A stretch of DNA of 64,000 nucleotides from Nitrosopumilus sp. (lineage in GTDB: Archaea > Thermoproteota > Nitrososphaeria > Nitrososphaerales > Nitrosopumilaceae), in the NCBI GenBank assembly GCA_965203315.1, contig OZ241857.1:1728001-1792000 (forward strand). The letters are read 5' to 3'. The position numbers were made by a program, and so were the translations under genes. Under the pieces are notes generated by a model. It saw nothing but the letters and a program-made list of their open reading frames with translations. It made no database searches and was not told the origin of the DNA. This document shows, one piece after another, positions 19,769 to 29,970 of this stretch (position 1 is the stretch's first letter; each line of letters begins with the position of its first letter).

Positions 19769-20194
19769 ATGGCAACGAGACTACGGAAGACTAGGAGACT
19801 TCGAGGTGGCAGACATATGGGATGGGGCCAAGTGGGTCAACATCGCGCAAGTGGGCACAAGGGCGGTCTTGGCGTTACCGGCATGATGAAACATCACTAT
19901 AGTAGTCTACTCAAATACGATCCTGATCACTATGGCCACAACTCGACTAGACCACCACGCCCGAACATTACAAAGCGTTGGGCTAACATACGTGACCTCG
20001 ATGATCTCTTTCTAAAGATCGGCAAGGAAGAAGAGGGAAAAAAATACATCGATCTACAGAGTGCAGGTTATGAGAAACTACTAGGTGGTGGAACTCTGAC
20101 CTGTGCATACTATGTCCAAGTTGGACGGTTCACTGCGTCAGCAGCGACAAAGTTAAAGGCAGTTGGAGGCGAGGTGTCGTCTAAAGATGGCTGA
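19769..20194 (+). CDS. rpl15: 50S ribosomal protein L15
   Basis: RGGRHMGWG...GHKGG, KLLGGG. Confidence 0.95.
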   Translation: MATRLRKTRRLRGGRHMGWGQVGQHRASGHKGGLGVTGMMKHHYSSLLKYDPDHYGHNSTRPPRPNITKRWANIRDLDDLFLKIGKEEEGKKYIDLQSAGYEKLLGGGTLTCAYYVQVGRFTASAATKLKAVGGEVSSKDG

Positions 20195-21617
20195 GGGCAC
20201 GCTAACCACTATGGTAAGATCCATGGTGGCCAAGGCCGAGCCATACCTACCACAAGTACCAAAACCAAAGAAAAAGATTCCACTACCCACTAGACTACTC
20301 TGGTGTGGTGTGGCACTGTTGATCTATATGGTCATGGGTCAGACTCCGCTGTTTGGGGCAACGACTCCCGAGTTTGACTTTCTTGCGTTTGCACGTGTAA
20401 TCTTTGCATCTCAACAAGGAACACTAGTCGAGTTGGGTATAGGTCCGATAGTAACTGCCGGTCTCTTGATGCAGCTATTGCGTGGCTCTGAGATCCTAAA
20501 GTTTGACTTTAAAAAACCTGAGGAACGTGGCATCTTTCAGACTGCTACAAAGATGGTCACCTATATCGTTGTAGTCGTAGAGTCTATAGTATATGGTATT
20601 GCAGTATATGGTCCAAACATCACCGATCCCAGTGTAATGTACATCCTAGTGGGACAGCTGATGGCAGCGTCGGTTATCATCATGTTCCTTGACGAGCTTA
20701 TCCAAAAGGGTTGGGGACTCGGAAGTGGAATCAGTCTCTTCATTATGGCTGGTGTTGCTCAACAGATACTTTGGAGTCTGTTCAGTCCGTTACCCGCTGG
20801 TGACGGAGGAACGATAGGAATCATACCATACATTGGTGAATCGATAATAAATGGAGATGTATCTAATATCTTGTTTAGATCGAACCAACTGCCTAGCATC
20901 TTTGGACTATGTCTTACTGCTGGTGTGCTGTTGATCTTGGTATTTACTCAGGGAATGAAGATCGAGATTCCTATTGTATCAACAAAATATCGTGGATTCT
21001 CAGCAGTATATCCTATCAAACTGATGTATGTCTCTAATATTCCTGTAATCTTGGCATCAGCTCTTACGGCAAACGCGATATTTGTATTTCAGATGCTCTG
21101 GGCAAACTTTAACCCACGCAACAATGATTTTTTCATGAATATTATAGCGCAATTTGATCCTACCAGTCCGTCTACACCAATCGGTGGTATCATATACTAT
21201 GTTACGCCTCCACGAGGTCTAGATGTTGCAGCACTTGATCCAGGACGTGCAGTTGGATATGTCTTGTTTATGATTGGTATCGTAGTGCTATTTGGCCGAT
21301 TGTGGGTAGAACTTGGTGGTCTGTCTCCAAAGAGCGCAGCTCAAAATCTGCTTGATGCTGACGTTCAGATTCCTGGATTTAGACGTTCAAACAAACCAGT
21401 AGAGGCACTGTTAAACAAGTACATTCCATCAGTTACAATAATCGGCTCTGTGATCTTGGGACTCTTGGCAGGCGTATCTGATGTACTGGGCGTATTTGGC
21501 TCTGGAATCGGAGTCTTGTTGATGGTAGATATCTTGATAAACTACTATACACAGCTAGTACGAGAACAGGTAGAAGTAGTGATGCCAAGGTTGGGTGCTC
21601 TGCTTGGTCGAAAGTAG
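20187..21617 (+). CDS. secY: Preprotein translocase subunit SecY
   Basis: LVELGIGPIVTAG, GLGSGISLFI, YPIKLMYVSNIP, IPGFR. Confidence 0.97.
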   Translation: MAEGTLTTMVRSMVAKAEPYLPQVPKPKKKIPLPTRLLWCGVALLIYMVMGQTPLFGATTPEFDFLAFARVIFASQQGTLVELGIGPIVTAGLLMQLLRGSEILKFDFKKPEERGIFQTATKMVTYIVVVVESIVYGIAVYGPNITDPSVMYILVGQLMAASVIIMFLDELIQKGWGLGSGISLFIMAGVAQQILWSLFSPLPAGDGGTIGIIPYIGESIINGDVSNILFRSNQLPSIFGLCLTAGVLLILVFTQGMKIEIPIVSTKYRGFSAVYPIKLMYVSNIPVILASALTANAIFVFQMLWANFNPRNNDFFMNIIAQFDPTSPSTPIGGIIYYVTPPRGLDVAALDPGRAVGYVLFMIGIVVLFGRLWVELGGLSPKSAAQNLLDADVQIPGFRRSNKPVEALLNKYIPSVTIIGSVILGLLAGVSDVLGVFGSGIGVLLMVDILINYYTQLVREQVEVVMPRLGALLGRK

Positions 21618-22182
21618 AAAGATAATAGTGGTTGGAATTCCAGGTGTGGGCAAGACTACATTGCTGACCAAGATAAAAGAGTTGTTATCACACTCTGACA
21701 GGAATGTCAGTTTTGTAAGTTTTGGCACGTTGATGTTTGATGTGGTACGTGAAAACGGATTAAGAGATCGAGATGATCTACGTAGACTGGCTGTATCTAA
21801 ACAACACGAACTCCAAATGATCGCTGCACAAAAGATTGCTAAAAAGACTGAAGATATCGTTATCATTGACACACACGCATTCATCAACTCTCCAGAGGGA
21901 TACTATCCTGGTCTACCAAAACATGTCTTGGATATTATATCTCCATCCAACTTTATCTCGATCTCTGCTAAACCTGAAGAGATCTTTAGTAGGCGACTAC
22001 ATGATACTAGCCGAGATCGTGATCAGGTTACCATAGACAATATTAAAAAAGAACTAGATGTACAGTCTGGTATGATCTCTACATGTGTAATTCTTACCGG
22101 TTCGCCAGTAAAACACATTCTAAATAGTGAGGGGGCTATAGATGATGTCGCAGCTGAGATCATAGAGTCGATTGGGTTGTAG
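21604..22182 (+). CDS. adkA: Archaeal adenylate kinase
   Basis: GIPGVGKTT, IIDTH, GYYPGLP; follows secY. Confidence 0.93.
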   Translation: MVESRKIIVVGIPGVGKTTLLTKIKELLSHSDRNVSFVSFGTLMFDVVRENGLRDRDDLRRLAVSKQHELQMIAAQKIAKKTEDIVIIDTHAFINSPEGYYPGLPKHVLDIISPSNFISISAKPEEIFSRRLHDTSRDRDQVTIDNIKKELDVQSGMISTCVILTGSPVKHILNSEGAIDDVAAEIIESIGL

Positions 22183-22184
22183 TC

Positions 22185-22802
22185 ATGGAACAGATACTCT
22201 TGTTTATTGATATACTATTGTTACAGTTTGATTTCTTTGGAGACGAGCGAGGCGCATTGGGCAGTGATGATCCGATCATACAAGGAATAATACTGTCAAT
22301 GTTTGCAGTGGCTGGTTTTGGCATCTTGTTGAATATCTTTAATGCAGGTGTTCGAAAGAAGATGATCGATCAAATAAAGTTTAAGCGAATCATGAAAGAG
22401 ACTCGCGCATATCAAAAAGAACGCATGGCTGCAATACGTGCTAAAGATCAAGCAAAGATAAACGAACTTGGTAAAAAATCTGCCTATATGAACAAGATGT
22501 CTATGGAGATGATGCAGATGAATATGCGACCCATGATGATAACGTTTGTACCTCTTATACTGATCTTTTATTTCGTACTGCCAGAACTCTTCTCTTATAC
22601 TGTTGCAATCTCGCCGATTCCACTCAATGTAATTCCTGGTGATTGGTTCCAACTCACCTGTACTGCAGAGCAAGCTGCCGATCCAGAACATGTCTGTGAC
22701 GGAGAGAATTCACTGTTCCTATGGGCATGGTACTTTTTATCATCTATAGCATTTAGCGGCATAATCATGAAACTAACAAAAACATCGATGGATCTTAGTT
22801 GA
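22185..22802 (+). CDS. DUF106 / EMC3-TMCO1 family membrane insertase
   Basis: TM-coiled coil-TM layout, MRPMMITFVP, WYFLSS; conserved position after adk. Confidence 0.88.
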   Translation: MEQILLFIDILLLQFDFFGDERGALGSDDPIIQGIILSMFAVAGFGILLNIFNAGVRKKMIDQIKFKRIMKETRAYQKERMAAIRAKDQAKINELGKKSAYMNKMSMEMMQMNMRPMMITFVPLILIFYFVLPELFSYTVAISPIPLNVIPGDWFQLTCTAEQAADPEHVCDGENSLFLWAWYFLSSIAFSGIIMKLTKTSMDLS

Positions 22803-23359
22803 CTAAATCGATAGTGATCTCTGGACCGCCTGCAGTGGGCAAGACTACAGTCGCGAATGGTCTTGCAGCAGAGTTTAATTTCAAGTGCGTCAGCGGAGGT
22901 GATGTTCTCAAGACTATGGCAGCAGAGTCTGGGTTTGAATCTAACGGAGACGATTGGTGGGATACTGTACAAGGGCTAGAGTTTCTTGAGCAGCGAAAAA
23001 ACAATCCCGAGTATGATCGTCAATTAGATCAACGGTTAACTCGTCTCTTTCTTGAAGATGATTTTGTGATCACTAGCTATACTTTACCGTGGTTGGTCAA
23101 AGGCGGCATCAAGATATGGCTTGAAGGATCTCATACTAGCAGTGCTAAAAGGATGCAGTCACGAGATAACATGAGTCATCAAGATGCATATGCTATTACA
23201 AAACTTCGATTTAATGAGAACAAGAAACTATACAAGCAGCTATATGATTATGACTTTGGTTACGATAAATCGATATTTGATATATTCATTGATACTAATG
23301 ATCTAACTGCAGAACAAGTAATCAATAAAGCCAAAGAGTCTGTACGGAAACTATTATGA
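22799..23359 (+). CDS. cmk: Cytidylate kinase
   Basis: ISGPPAVGKTT, SGGD, IDT; operon position. Confidence 0.88.
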   Translation: MTKSIVISGPPAVGKTTVANGLAAEFNFKCVSGGDVLKTMAAESGFESNGDDWWDTVQGLEFLEQRKNNPEYDRQLDQRLTRLFLEDDFVITSYTLPWLVKGGIKIWLEGSHTSSAKRMQSRDNMSHQDAYAITKLRFNENKKLYKQLYDYDFGYDKSIFDIFIDTNDLTAEQVINKAKESVRKLL

Positions 23360-24357
23360 CACTAAAGCAACTACAAGGTCTACTCGAGCTAGATCAAGAT
23401 ATTACTGACGACTCTTTTGGTACATACTATGATAAACGGACCATAGAACAACTCTTCAATTATGGAATAATCATACTTGATAAACCGCCTGGTCCTACAA
23501 GTCACGAAGTTGTCGCGTGGACAAAGCGAATAACAGATATCTCAAAGATTGGACATAGTGGAACACTAGATCCTCAAGTCTCTGGCGTACTGCCACTGGG
23601 ATTGGGTGCTGCAACCAAGTCACTTGGTGTACTCTTGTATGGTCCTAAAGAGTATCATGCTTTGGGTAGAGTTCACTCATTACCTTCGCATGAACGATTA
23701 ACAGATGTGATTGCATCATTTCATGGTCCAATATATCAAAAACCACCACAACGTTCTGCTGTTCTACGAAAGACGCGAGTGCGAAATATTTACGAGTTAG
23801 AGATACTAGAACAAAAGGAGCGACTGATTCTAACTCGTATCTTGTGTGAATCTGGTACCTATATCAGAAAGTTGTACTATGATATCGGTGAAGTTTTAGG
23901 TCCTGGTGCTACGATGATAGAGTTGCGTCGTACACGCGTAGATCAATTTACCGAGCAAGATGGCTTGGTAACGATGCACGAACTTGCAGCTGCGTTTGCA
24001 CTATACAAAGAAGAGCAAGATGACTCTAAACTATACAAGATCATAAAACCGGTCGAGGTTGCACTGAGTCAGATACCTTCTGTTGTCATACGTGACTCTG
24101 CTGTAGATGCACTCTGTCATGGAGCTCAACTTGCGGTACCTGGCATACTGCAAATGTCTCATGATCTCAAACGAGGCGATACTGTTGGTGTCTATACTCA
24201 AAAGGGCGAGATAGTTGCTCTTGCTATATGTGTCATGTCTGAATCTGAGATACGCGACGCAACAAAGGGATATGCATTTGAGACAAAACGAATAATCATG
24301 GCTCCTAACACATATCCCAAAAAGTGGCACACTAGACACAGTTCAAAGGAGGAATAG
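23356..24357 (+). CDS. cbf5: H/ACA RNA-guided pseudouridine synthase Cbf5
   Basis: DKPPGPTSHEV, GHSGTLDP, GTYIR, PUA domain. Confidence 0.96.
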   Translation: MTLKQLQGLLELDQDITDDSFGTYYDKRTIEQLFNYGIIILDKPPGPTSHEVVAWTKRITDISKIGHSGTLDPQVSGVLPLGLGAATKSLGVLLYGPKEYHALGRVHSLPSHERLTDVIASFHGPIYQKPPQRSAVLRKTRVRNIYELEILEQKERLILTRILCESGTYIRKLYYDIGEVLGPGATMIELRRTRVDQFTEQDGLVTMHELAAAFALYKEEQDDSKLYKIIKPVEVALSQIPSVVIRDSAVDALCHGAQLAVPGILQMSHDLKRGDTVGVYTQKGEIVALAICVMSESEIRDATKGYAFETKRIIMAPNTYPKKWHTRHSSKEE

Positions 24358-24359
24358 TT

Positions 24360-24800
24360 TTGTTAGCAAAGAGTTTGATCGTGTTTGTGGGGGTAGGTAT
24401 TGTTGCCGGATTTGGATTTGGAATCTATCTCGCAGATCTTAGAGATATCACCGAGTCTATCTCTGTTGATGGCCCATCGTTATCTGTTATTCCATCGGCT
24501 ACAGAGTTTGTGTCGGGTCAAGTTGTCCAGTTACATATAGTCAACTCTGGGACTGTTCCAATCTCATTTAATGATACGTCATATGGATTAGAGATTACCG
24601 GACTTGCAGGTGTCATTATATTCTCACCCGTATCCCAACCAATATCGTCTGTACTCGCTCCGGGTGAATCTATTGTACTCTCTTGGGATCAAATAAAGAA
24701 CAATGGTGATGTCGCACTCGATGGTTTATACAAGATCAATGTTCGTGGTGAGTCTACTGGGGAGACCGTACTTGGGTCTGCAACATTTACAATTAGATAA
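24360..24800 (+). CDS. Membrane-anchored beta-rich (Ig-like) hypothetical protein
   Basis: N-terminal TM; LAPGE..WDQ..G..GLY pattern. Confidence 0.75.
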   Translation: MLAKSLIVFVGVGIVAGFGFGIYLADLRDITESISVDGPSLSVIPSATEFVSGQVVQLHIVNSGTVPISFNDTSYGLEITGLAGVIIFSPVSQPISSVLAPGESIVLSWDQIKNNGDVALDGLYKINVRGESTGETVLGSATFTIR

Positions 24801-25165
24801 AGCCATGCTTGGTTTCCGCTATCTTGATCTATTTGTTGTATAGTAATTACTATTGATTATGTGTTTTGTGAATTATACATGTAAATCTCGTGATCTTGGG
24901 AGAATGTATAGAATCACTTTCAATACGATGCACTTTATCGATTATTTAATTAGAAATATTTTATGATATTTTGTGACAATACAATTAATCATCAAAACCG
25001 CTTTTGGTCTACTCTACAAAAAGAGATCATCTCAATATGGTGCGAATCTGTGCAATGCTTGTAGAAACTAGTACAAAAACAATCTAGATCATGTTCAAAG
25101 AATCAAAGATAATTTTAACATGAACGACATTTGAATATATATAGATAACATATTATTCTTGTACA

Positions 25166-26041
25166 ATGTCACAAGTTATAACGAGACAGATAACAGATCA
25201 GATATCAAATACAATATTCCAAGGCGATTGTTTAGAGTATCTGCCAGATATACCTGACAGTACAATACAACTGATCGTGACTTCTCCGCCGTACAATTTG
25301 GGGAAAGAGTATGAAAAAAGACAGAGCATTAACGAATATGTTGCCAATCAAGAGAAGGTGATCACACTATGTCACAAAAAACTAAAAGATAGTGGTTCGA
25401 TCTGCTGGCAGGTCGGTAGCTATGTAGAGAATGGTACCATAGTGCCCTTGGACATACTACTATATCCTATATTTCAAAAATTAAACCTGAAACTACGAAA
25501 CAGAATTATTTGGCATTTTGGCCACGGGTTGCACTGTTCCAAGAGGCTCTCTGGCAGATATGAGACTATATTGTGGTTTACAAAATCTGATGAATATACA
25601 TTCAATCTTGATCCAATACGAGTACCACAAAAATATCCTAACAAGAAATATTTTACGGGTAAAAACAAGGGTAAACCAAGTTGTAACCCATTGGGCAAAA
25701 ATCCTAGTGATGTGTGGAATATCCCAAACGTCAAACACAATCATGTAGAAAAGACTGATCATCCTGCACAATTTCCGGTAGAACTAGTAGAGCGATTTGT
25801 CCTGGCACTTACAAACAAAGGCGATTGTGTATTCGATCCGTACATTGGATCTGGTAGTACAGCAATAGCTGCATTAAAACATGGTCGAAGCTGTATTGGT
25901 GCAGAGCGAGAACCAAAATATGTGGATATAATGTGCAATAGACTGAATCTATTGGCTACCAATAAACTAAAGACCAGACCCATGAATACACCTGTTTATG
26001 GCGAGGACGAACAAAAATTAACAACTATCTTACAATTCTGA
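25166..26041 (+). CDS. Beta-class N4-C/N6-A DNA methyltransferase, BglII/BstYI-like, orphan
   Basis: TSPPY (motif IV) precedes DPYIGSGST (motif I); HPAQFP; no adjacent endonuclease ORF. Confidence 0.92.
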   Translation: MSQVITRQITDQISNTIFQGDCLEYLPDIPDSTIQLIVTSPPYNLGKEYEKRQSINEYVANQEKVITLCHKKLKDSGSICWQVGSYVENGTIVPLDILLYPIFQKLNLKLRNRIIWHFGHGLHCSKRLSGRYETILWFTKSDEYTFNLDPIRVPQKYPNKKYFTGKNKGKPSCNPLGKNPSDVWNIPNVKHNHVEKTDHPAQFPVELVERFVLALTNKGDCVFDPYIGSGSTAIAALKHGRSCIGAEREPKYVDIMCNRLNLLATNKLKTRPMNTPVYGEDEQKLTTILQF

Positions 26042-26111
26042 CGTATTCTGATAACACAAAATTAAATTAGAATGTAATCGTGTATTATGTTTTAGTGTAT
26101 ATAGTTGAATG

Positions 26112-26227
26112 TGCTCTTTACGATTTACATGGGATGGATTTTCGCGAGGCTTGTTCCATAATTTTCCCTTATGGGCTCTTGTAGTGTTTTCTGTAACCAT
26201 TCTATCTCACGTACACCGAAAAGATCC
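26112..26227. mobile_element. MITE family B copy
   Basis: cgatttacatggga...ttgtagtgttttctgtaaccat...gaaaagatcc. Confidence 0.8.
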
Positions 26228-26326
26228 ACTAGATTTAGCATATGTGTGTAGGACTATGTTGACAGGCGCGATGGGATTTGAACTCATCACTCATAGTTTT
26301 TATAGGATATTCACTATACTAGATGG

Positions 26327-26941
26327 ATGGCAATCGATACTGCAACTCTGGAGATCAGTGAACTAGAAAAGTACATACTATTGCTCGTATATGTGGACGG
26401 CGAGCCCATACATGGTAGGCAGAAACTTCAATTAATGATGTACATGTTGGGTGATCCATATACAGAGATCAGCGATTGGTGTGATTTTACAATAAAAGAT
26501 GATGGTCCATACGGTGCGGTTTTGAACGATACTTTGGAGCATCTTGTACAAATGGATCTGCTAGTCGAAAAAAATGATGCCATCCAATTAACCAAACATA
26601 GTATAGAGTACGCCAGAATGATTGGAGAAGAGAAAGGTGGATTTCCGAAAATTCAAGATGCATTTAATCCTGCGATGACATGGATATTTAGTGAGTATAA
26701 AAGAATGTTTAATGACGTAACCATTCCTGAGGTTCTGTCTTATATGTACTGTGATTATCCAGACATGGCTAAAGGTTCTGCAACGTACGAAAAACTCAAA
26801 CCAGATATCAAAGAAAACATAATTTCCATGTATACAAAGGAAAAGATGAGTTTTGGTAGAGCAGCAGAATTACTTGGTATACCGCTACACATAATGATGG
26901 ACGAATTAGCAGAAAGAGGATTACTTCGGTTTGGAAATTGA
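26327..26941 (+). CDS. wHTH-like + UPF0175 antitoxin-like protein
   Basis: GRQKLQ...GPY N-terminal motifs; C-terminal KMSFGRAAELLG...ELAERG is typical of UPF0175. Confidence 0.8.
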   Translation: MAIDTATLEISELEKYILLLVYVDGEPIHGRQKLQLMMYMLGDPYTEISDWCDFTIKDDGPYGAVLNDTLEHLVQMDLLVEKNDAIQLTKHSIEYARMIGEEKGGFPKIQDAFNPAMTWIFSEYKRMFNDVTIPEVLSYMYCDYPDMAKGSATYEKLKPDIKENIISMYTKEKMSFGRAAELLGIPLHIMMDELAERGLLRFGN

Positions 26942-27410
26942 AGATATTTGATGCTTCGCAATTTATTGCCATATTTAACCAATTTCAATACCCACAAGCG
27001 TTTGATGTTATTTTACAATTAGGTCACGAGTTGGCAGTACCTAGTTTTGTGTGGGAAGAATTAAAGGATGATAGAACACATACAAATGTGCAGAGATTAG
27101 TTGATGAAGGCAAACTCACAAAATTAGAAAAAATACACTAAAAGAGATCGACGAGTTTAAACCTAGACCTACCTTGAAAATTGGCGAGAAAGATGTAATG
27201 CCGACATATTTAAAACTGGGAGGATACAAAAATAATGTCTACTGTATACTGGACGATAAAGATGCACAACGAGTAGCATCAAGATTAGGAATAAGGCATA
27301 CTGACTTGAAAGGATTGTTAAAGCTACTGGGCAGTAAAGGAGTCAAGTATCCAAAAGAGATTGATGAAATTATAGCGTTACTTGATAGCTCCGAGTTCAG
27401 ACCCATATGA
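26938..27410 (+). pseudogene. PIN-domain (DUF3368-like) toxin, frameshifted
   Basis: IFDAS, VP..VWEEL, IGEKD, ILDDKDA..VA..LGI. An A6 tract at 27128-27133 needs A7 to join the two frames. Confidence 0.82.
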
Positions 27411-27430
27411 AAATGACTCTTAGTAGATTA

Positions 27431-27547
27431 GGATCTTTTTGGTTTATGTGGAATAGAATGGTTACAGAAACAGCACTGAGATTCTATGGGGAAAATTTAG
27501 CAAGAACAGTCTTGCAAGATGCTATCCCGCATAAATCGAAGAGATCC
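27431..27547. mobile_element. MITE family B copy
   Basis: GGATCTTTTTGGTTTATGTGGAATAG / CTATCCCGCATAAATCGAAGAGATCC. Confidence 0.85.
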
Positions 27548-27620
27548 ATCTATGACAACATCACCAAAGAACCAACAATATATAATGAAAATCTCAAGCA
27601 TCTATGTCGCGAGACTTTGT

Positions 27621-27719
27621 GCCGGGGTCGCCTAGCCTGGTAGGGCGCGCGCCTGGAAATAACTTTACCATATAGCGCGTTCTCGCAAGGGAACGGGAGT
27701 TCAAATCTCCCTCCCGGCG
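27621..27719 (+). tRNA. tRNA-Ser(GGA) with an intron of about 15 nt at 37/38
   Basis: Acceptor GCCGGGG/TCCCGGC, anticodon stem CGCGC-CTGGAA[ataactttaccatat]A-GCGCG, long variable arm, GGGAG-TTCAAAT-CTCCC. Confidence 0.92.
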
Positions 27720-27720
27720 C

Positions 27721-29028
27721 CTATATCTCTATTTGGTCCATGATCTCTGTAAACCTCCATGGTCCACAATGATCATTTGTTGTTGTTGGAATATATCCAG
27801 AGTTTTGTAGCTTTGAGATGATATGTGCAGCAAATGCAAGCGCACCGGTTGCTCCAGGTGAGTTGTAGTTTAGTATGTGTAACGACGACTCGCTCTCTTC
27901 TAGTATTATGTCTGGAACAAATTTGCCTCTATTATCGATCACCGATGATCTAATCCCTGCTGTTCCTCTCTCTGTGAATTTATCTGGTTCGATCTTTGGT
28001 AGGAACCGTCTCACTCGATCTATCATTGCATGCTTTGATATCGACGATTTAATCTCACTTATTGCAAGTTCTTGGAACTGTTTGTCCAAGATCACTCTTC
28101 TTGCACCAGATCCCAACATCTCTAATATCTTTGGTACAAACTCTTTGATGTTAGTTGACATGTCATATCCATATGGACTAAATACAGGTACAGCGTTAGG
28201 ACCTATCTCGCAACTATGGTCTACTCTGATTATCCAATGTGGATCTAAAAAGGGATATTCTGGAAAATCTGGTACACTATATACACTCATCTTTGTTAAG
28301 TGTCTGTACTCTTTTGGTGCCTTCCAATACTCTCCACGAAAGTGAACATCAGTGAGATCCGTTCTCATCCCCATCATATGTGCAACATCTATTGCGTTGC
28401 CTCCTGCCGCATTGATTACAAATTTTGCTGATATTGTACCGGTATAGTTTGTGGTTAACTTGAATCTTGTACCATCTGATTTGATATCGGTGATCTTTGT
28501 ACCTACTAGTATGTCTACTCCATTATCTATGCTATCTTGTGCCAGAGATCTAGTATATGCTGCATAGTCTGCAGAACCATCACGATACACACACAGGGCT
28601 GCTGTACAGCATAGTTCTGGCTCAATCTTGCTGATCTCTGATTCTGTAAATAGTTTGATCTCTGTTTCATCTAATCCGTTCTCTATTCCCCATTTGAGAT
28701 ACTTTTCAAGCGTCTTGATCCCTCTTTGATCAACAGATACTTCGATCACTCCATCACTTTGAAATGGCAGATCCTTTATTCCGGCATACTCTTTCCACAT
28801 CGTGTAGCCATAAAATGCAGTCTTTGCAAACAGGGTCTTCTTTATAGGATCATATAGGTATGGCGCATGTATCTTGCCTGTATTTCGCCCACTTGTATGT
28901 GTTGCAACTTTTGACGATTGTTCAACTATGCATATAGATCGTGATTTGTATAGGCTTGATAGAAAATATGCTATCGACACACCCAAAATCCCTCCTCCAA
29001 TTATTACTATGTCGTACTCTCTTACCAT
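27721..29028 (-). CDS. FAD-dependent oxidoreductase (L-2-hydroxyglutarate oxidase-like)
   Basis: IIGGGILG, HTSGRNTGKIH, FRGEY, GPNA, SPGAT. Confidence 0.88.
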   Translation of the reverse strand: MVREYDIVIIGGGILGVSIAYFLSSLYKSRSICIVEQSSKVATHTSGRNTGKIHAPYLYDPIKKTLFAKTAFYGYTMWKEYAGIKDLPFQSDGVIEVSVDQRGIKTLEKYLKWGIENGLDETEIKLFTESEISKIEPELCCTAALCVYRDGSADYAAYTRSLAQDSIDNGVDILVGTKITDIKSDGTRFKLTTNYTGTISAKFVINAAGGNAIDVAHMMGMRTDLTDVHFRGEYWKAPKEYRHLTKMSVYSVPDFPEYPFLDPHWIIRVDHSCEIGPNAVPVFSPYGYDMSTNIKEFVPKILEMLGSGARRVILDKQFQELAISEIKSSISKHAMIDRVRRFLPKIEPDKFTERGTAGIRSSVIDNRGKFVPDIILEESESSLHILNYNSPGATGALAFAAHIISKLQNSGYIPTTTNDHCGPWRFTEIMDQIEI

Positions 29029-29467
29029 CGATCTATTGTCGCTCTGGTTGATATTAAATTCATAGTATCCAATGATCTCAACAATGTTCATAATGCATTA
29101 TGGGCTTGTAAAATCTCCACACACAAATCTGCATAGAAGGTATATTGGACCACATCTAAATATCTTATAATGATGTACATTGCACTTACAATAAATGCAT
29201 CATTCAACATTTACTAGTACGAGTCTTACTGGATGTTATCTGATAAAATATAACCAAAAATTGCGACGTGTTGAATGATAAGTTCATTTTTAGATAAAGA
29301 TCTAGAAATTCATCTATTGCTTTCCAAAATAACAACTCTTGTACTGGTGCGACAGATACACTAGAATGTGTTTGTAGATTTCGTTTATGAATTAAAATTC
29401 TATCGTCTAGACAAGATCACATCTAAACATCTGAACAGATTAATATCTAGTGTACGTTCATCTCTTT

Positions 29468-29737
29468 ATGCTACCTGACAGATGTTCAGTAACCGAGAAC
29501 AGTAACCGGTGTGTAAACCCGCCCGAGTTTATCGTCTCTATCATAAATGATGCCGGACAGTATATGATCTGTGTGACATGTTCTAAACACAAGGATCTAG
29601 TTGCCGCAAAAGTCATTCTGCTCCAAGATGAAGGCAAGATCAGTTCAGGTAAAGTATCATTTGAAAAGATCAAAGCAGTAGGAACTGACTGTATACGTTG
29701 CGATCCAGATATTGTCCAGATAGACGATCTACAATGA
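29468..29737 (+). CDS. Hypothetical Cys-containing protein
   Basis: MLPDRCSV...C..PP...CSKH...GTDCI. Confidence 0.7.
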   Translation: MLPDRCSVTENSNRCVNPPEFIVSIINDAGQYMICVTCSKHKDLVAAKVILLQDEGKISSGKVSFEKIKAVGTDCIRCDPDIVQIDDLQ

Positions 29738-29970
29738 TCTAGTTACAAATGTCATCTTATCGATACTTTATGCAAAAGATGTTTAATCCAAATCAAACCC
29801 GATTTATACGGTGCATAATCTTGAAAAATAAAAAATAGAAAAAGACTATTGATCTTTCTTTTTTGTCTTTTCAGTCTGTATCTTGGCTAACTCTAATTCT
29901 TCATTTGTATGCTTGAACTTTTTCAACAACATCATTATCTCATCAAAGTATAAAAACGCACATGTTTGTT

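Noticed and set aside
18151-24357. Ribosomal operon starts at rpl18 and lacks rpl34e and rpl14e around cmk
   Set aside because: Absence of L14e and L34e is known for this lineage, and the operon split is, as I recall, also typical of Nitrosopumilaceae.
27657-27675. tRNA-Ser intron
   Set aside because: A short intron at the canonical 37/38 position is ordinary in archaea.
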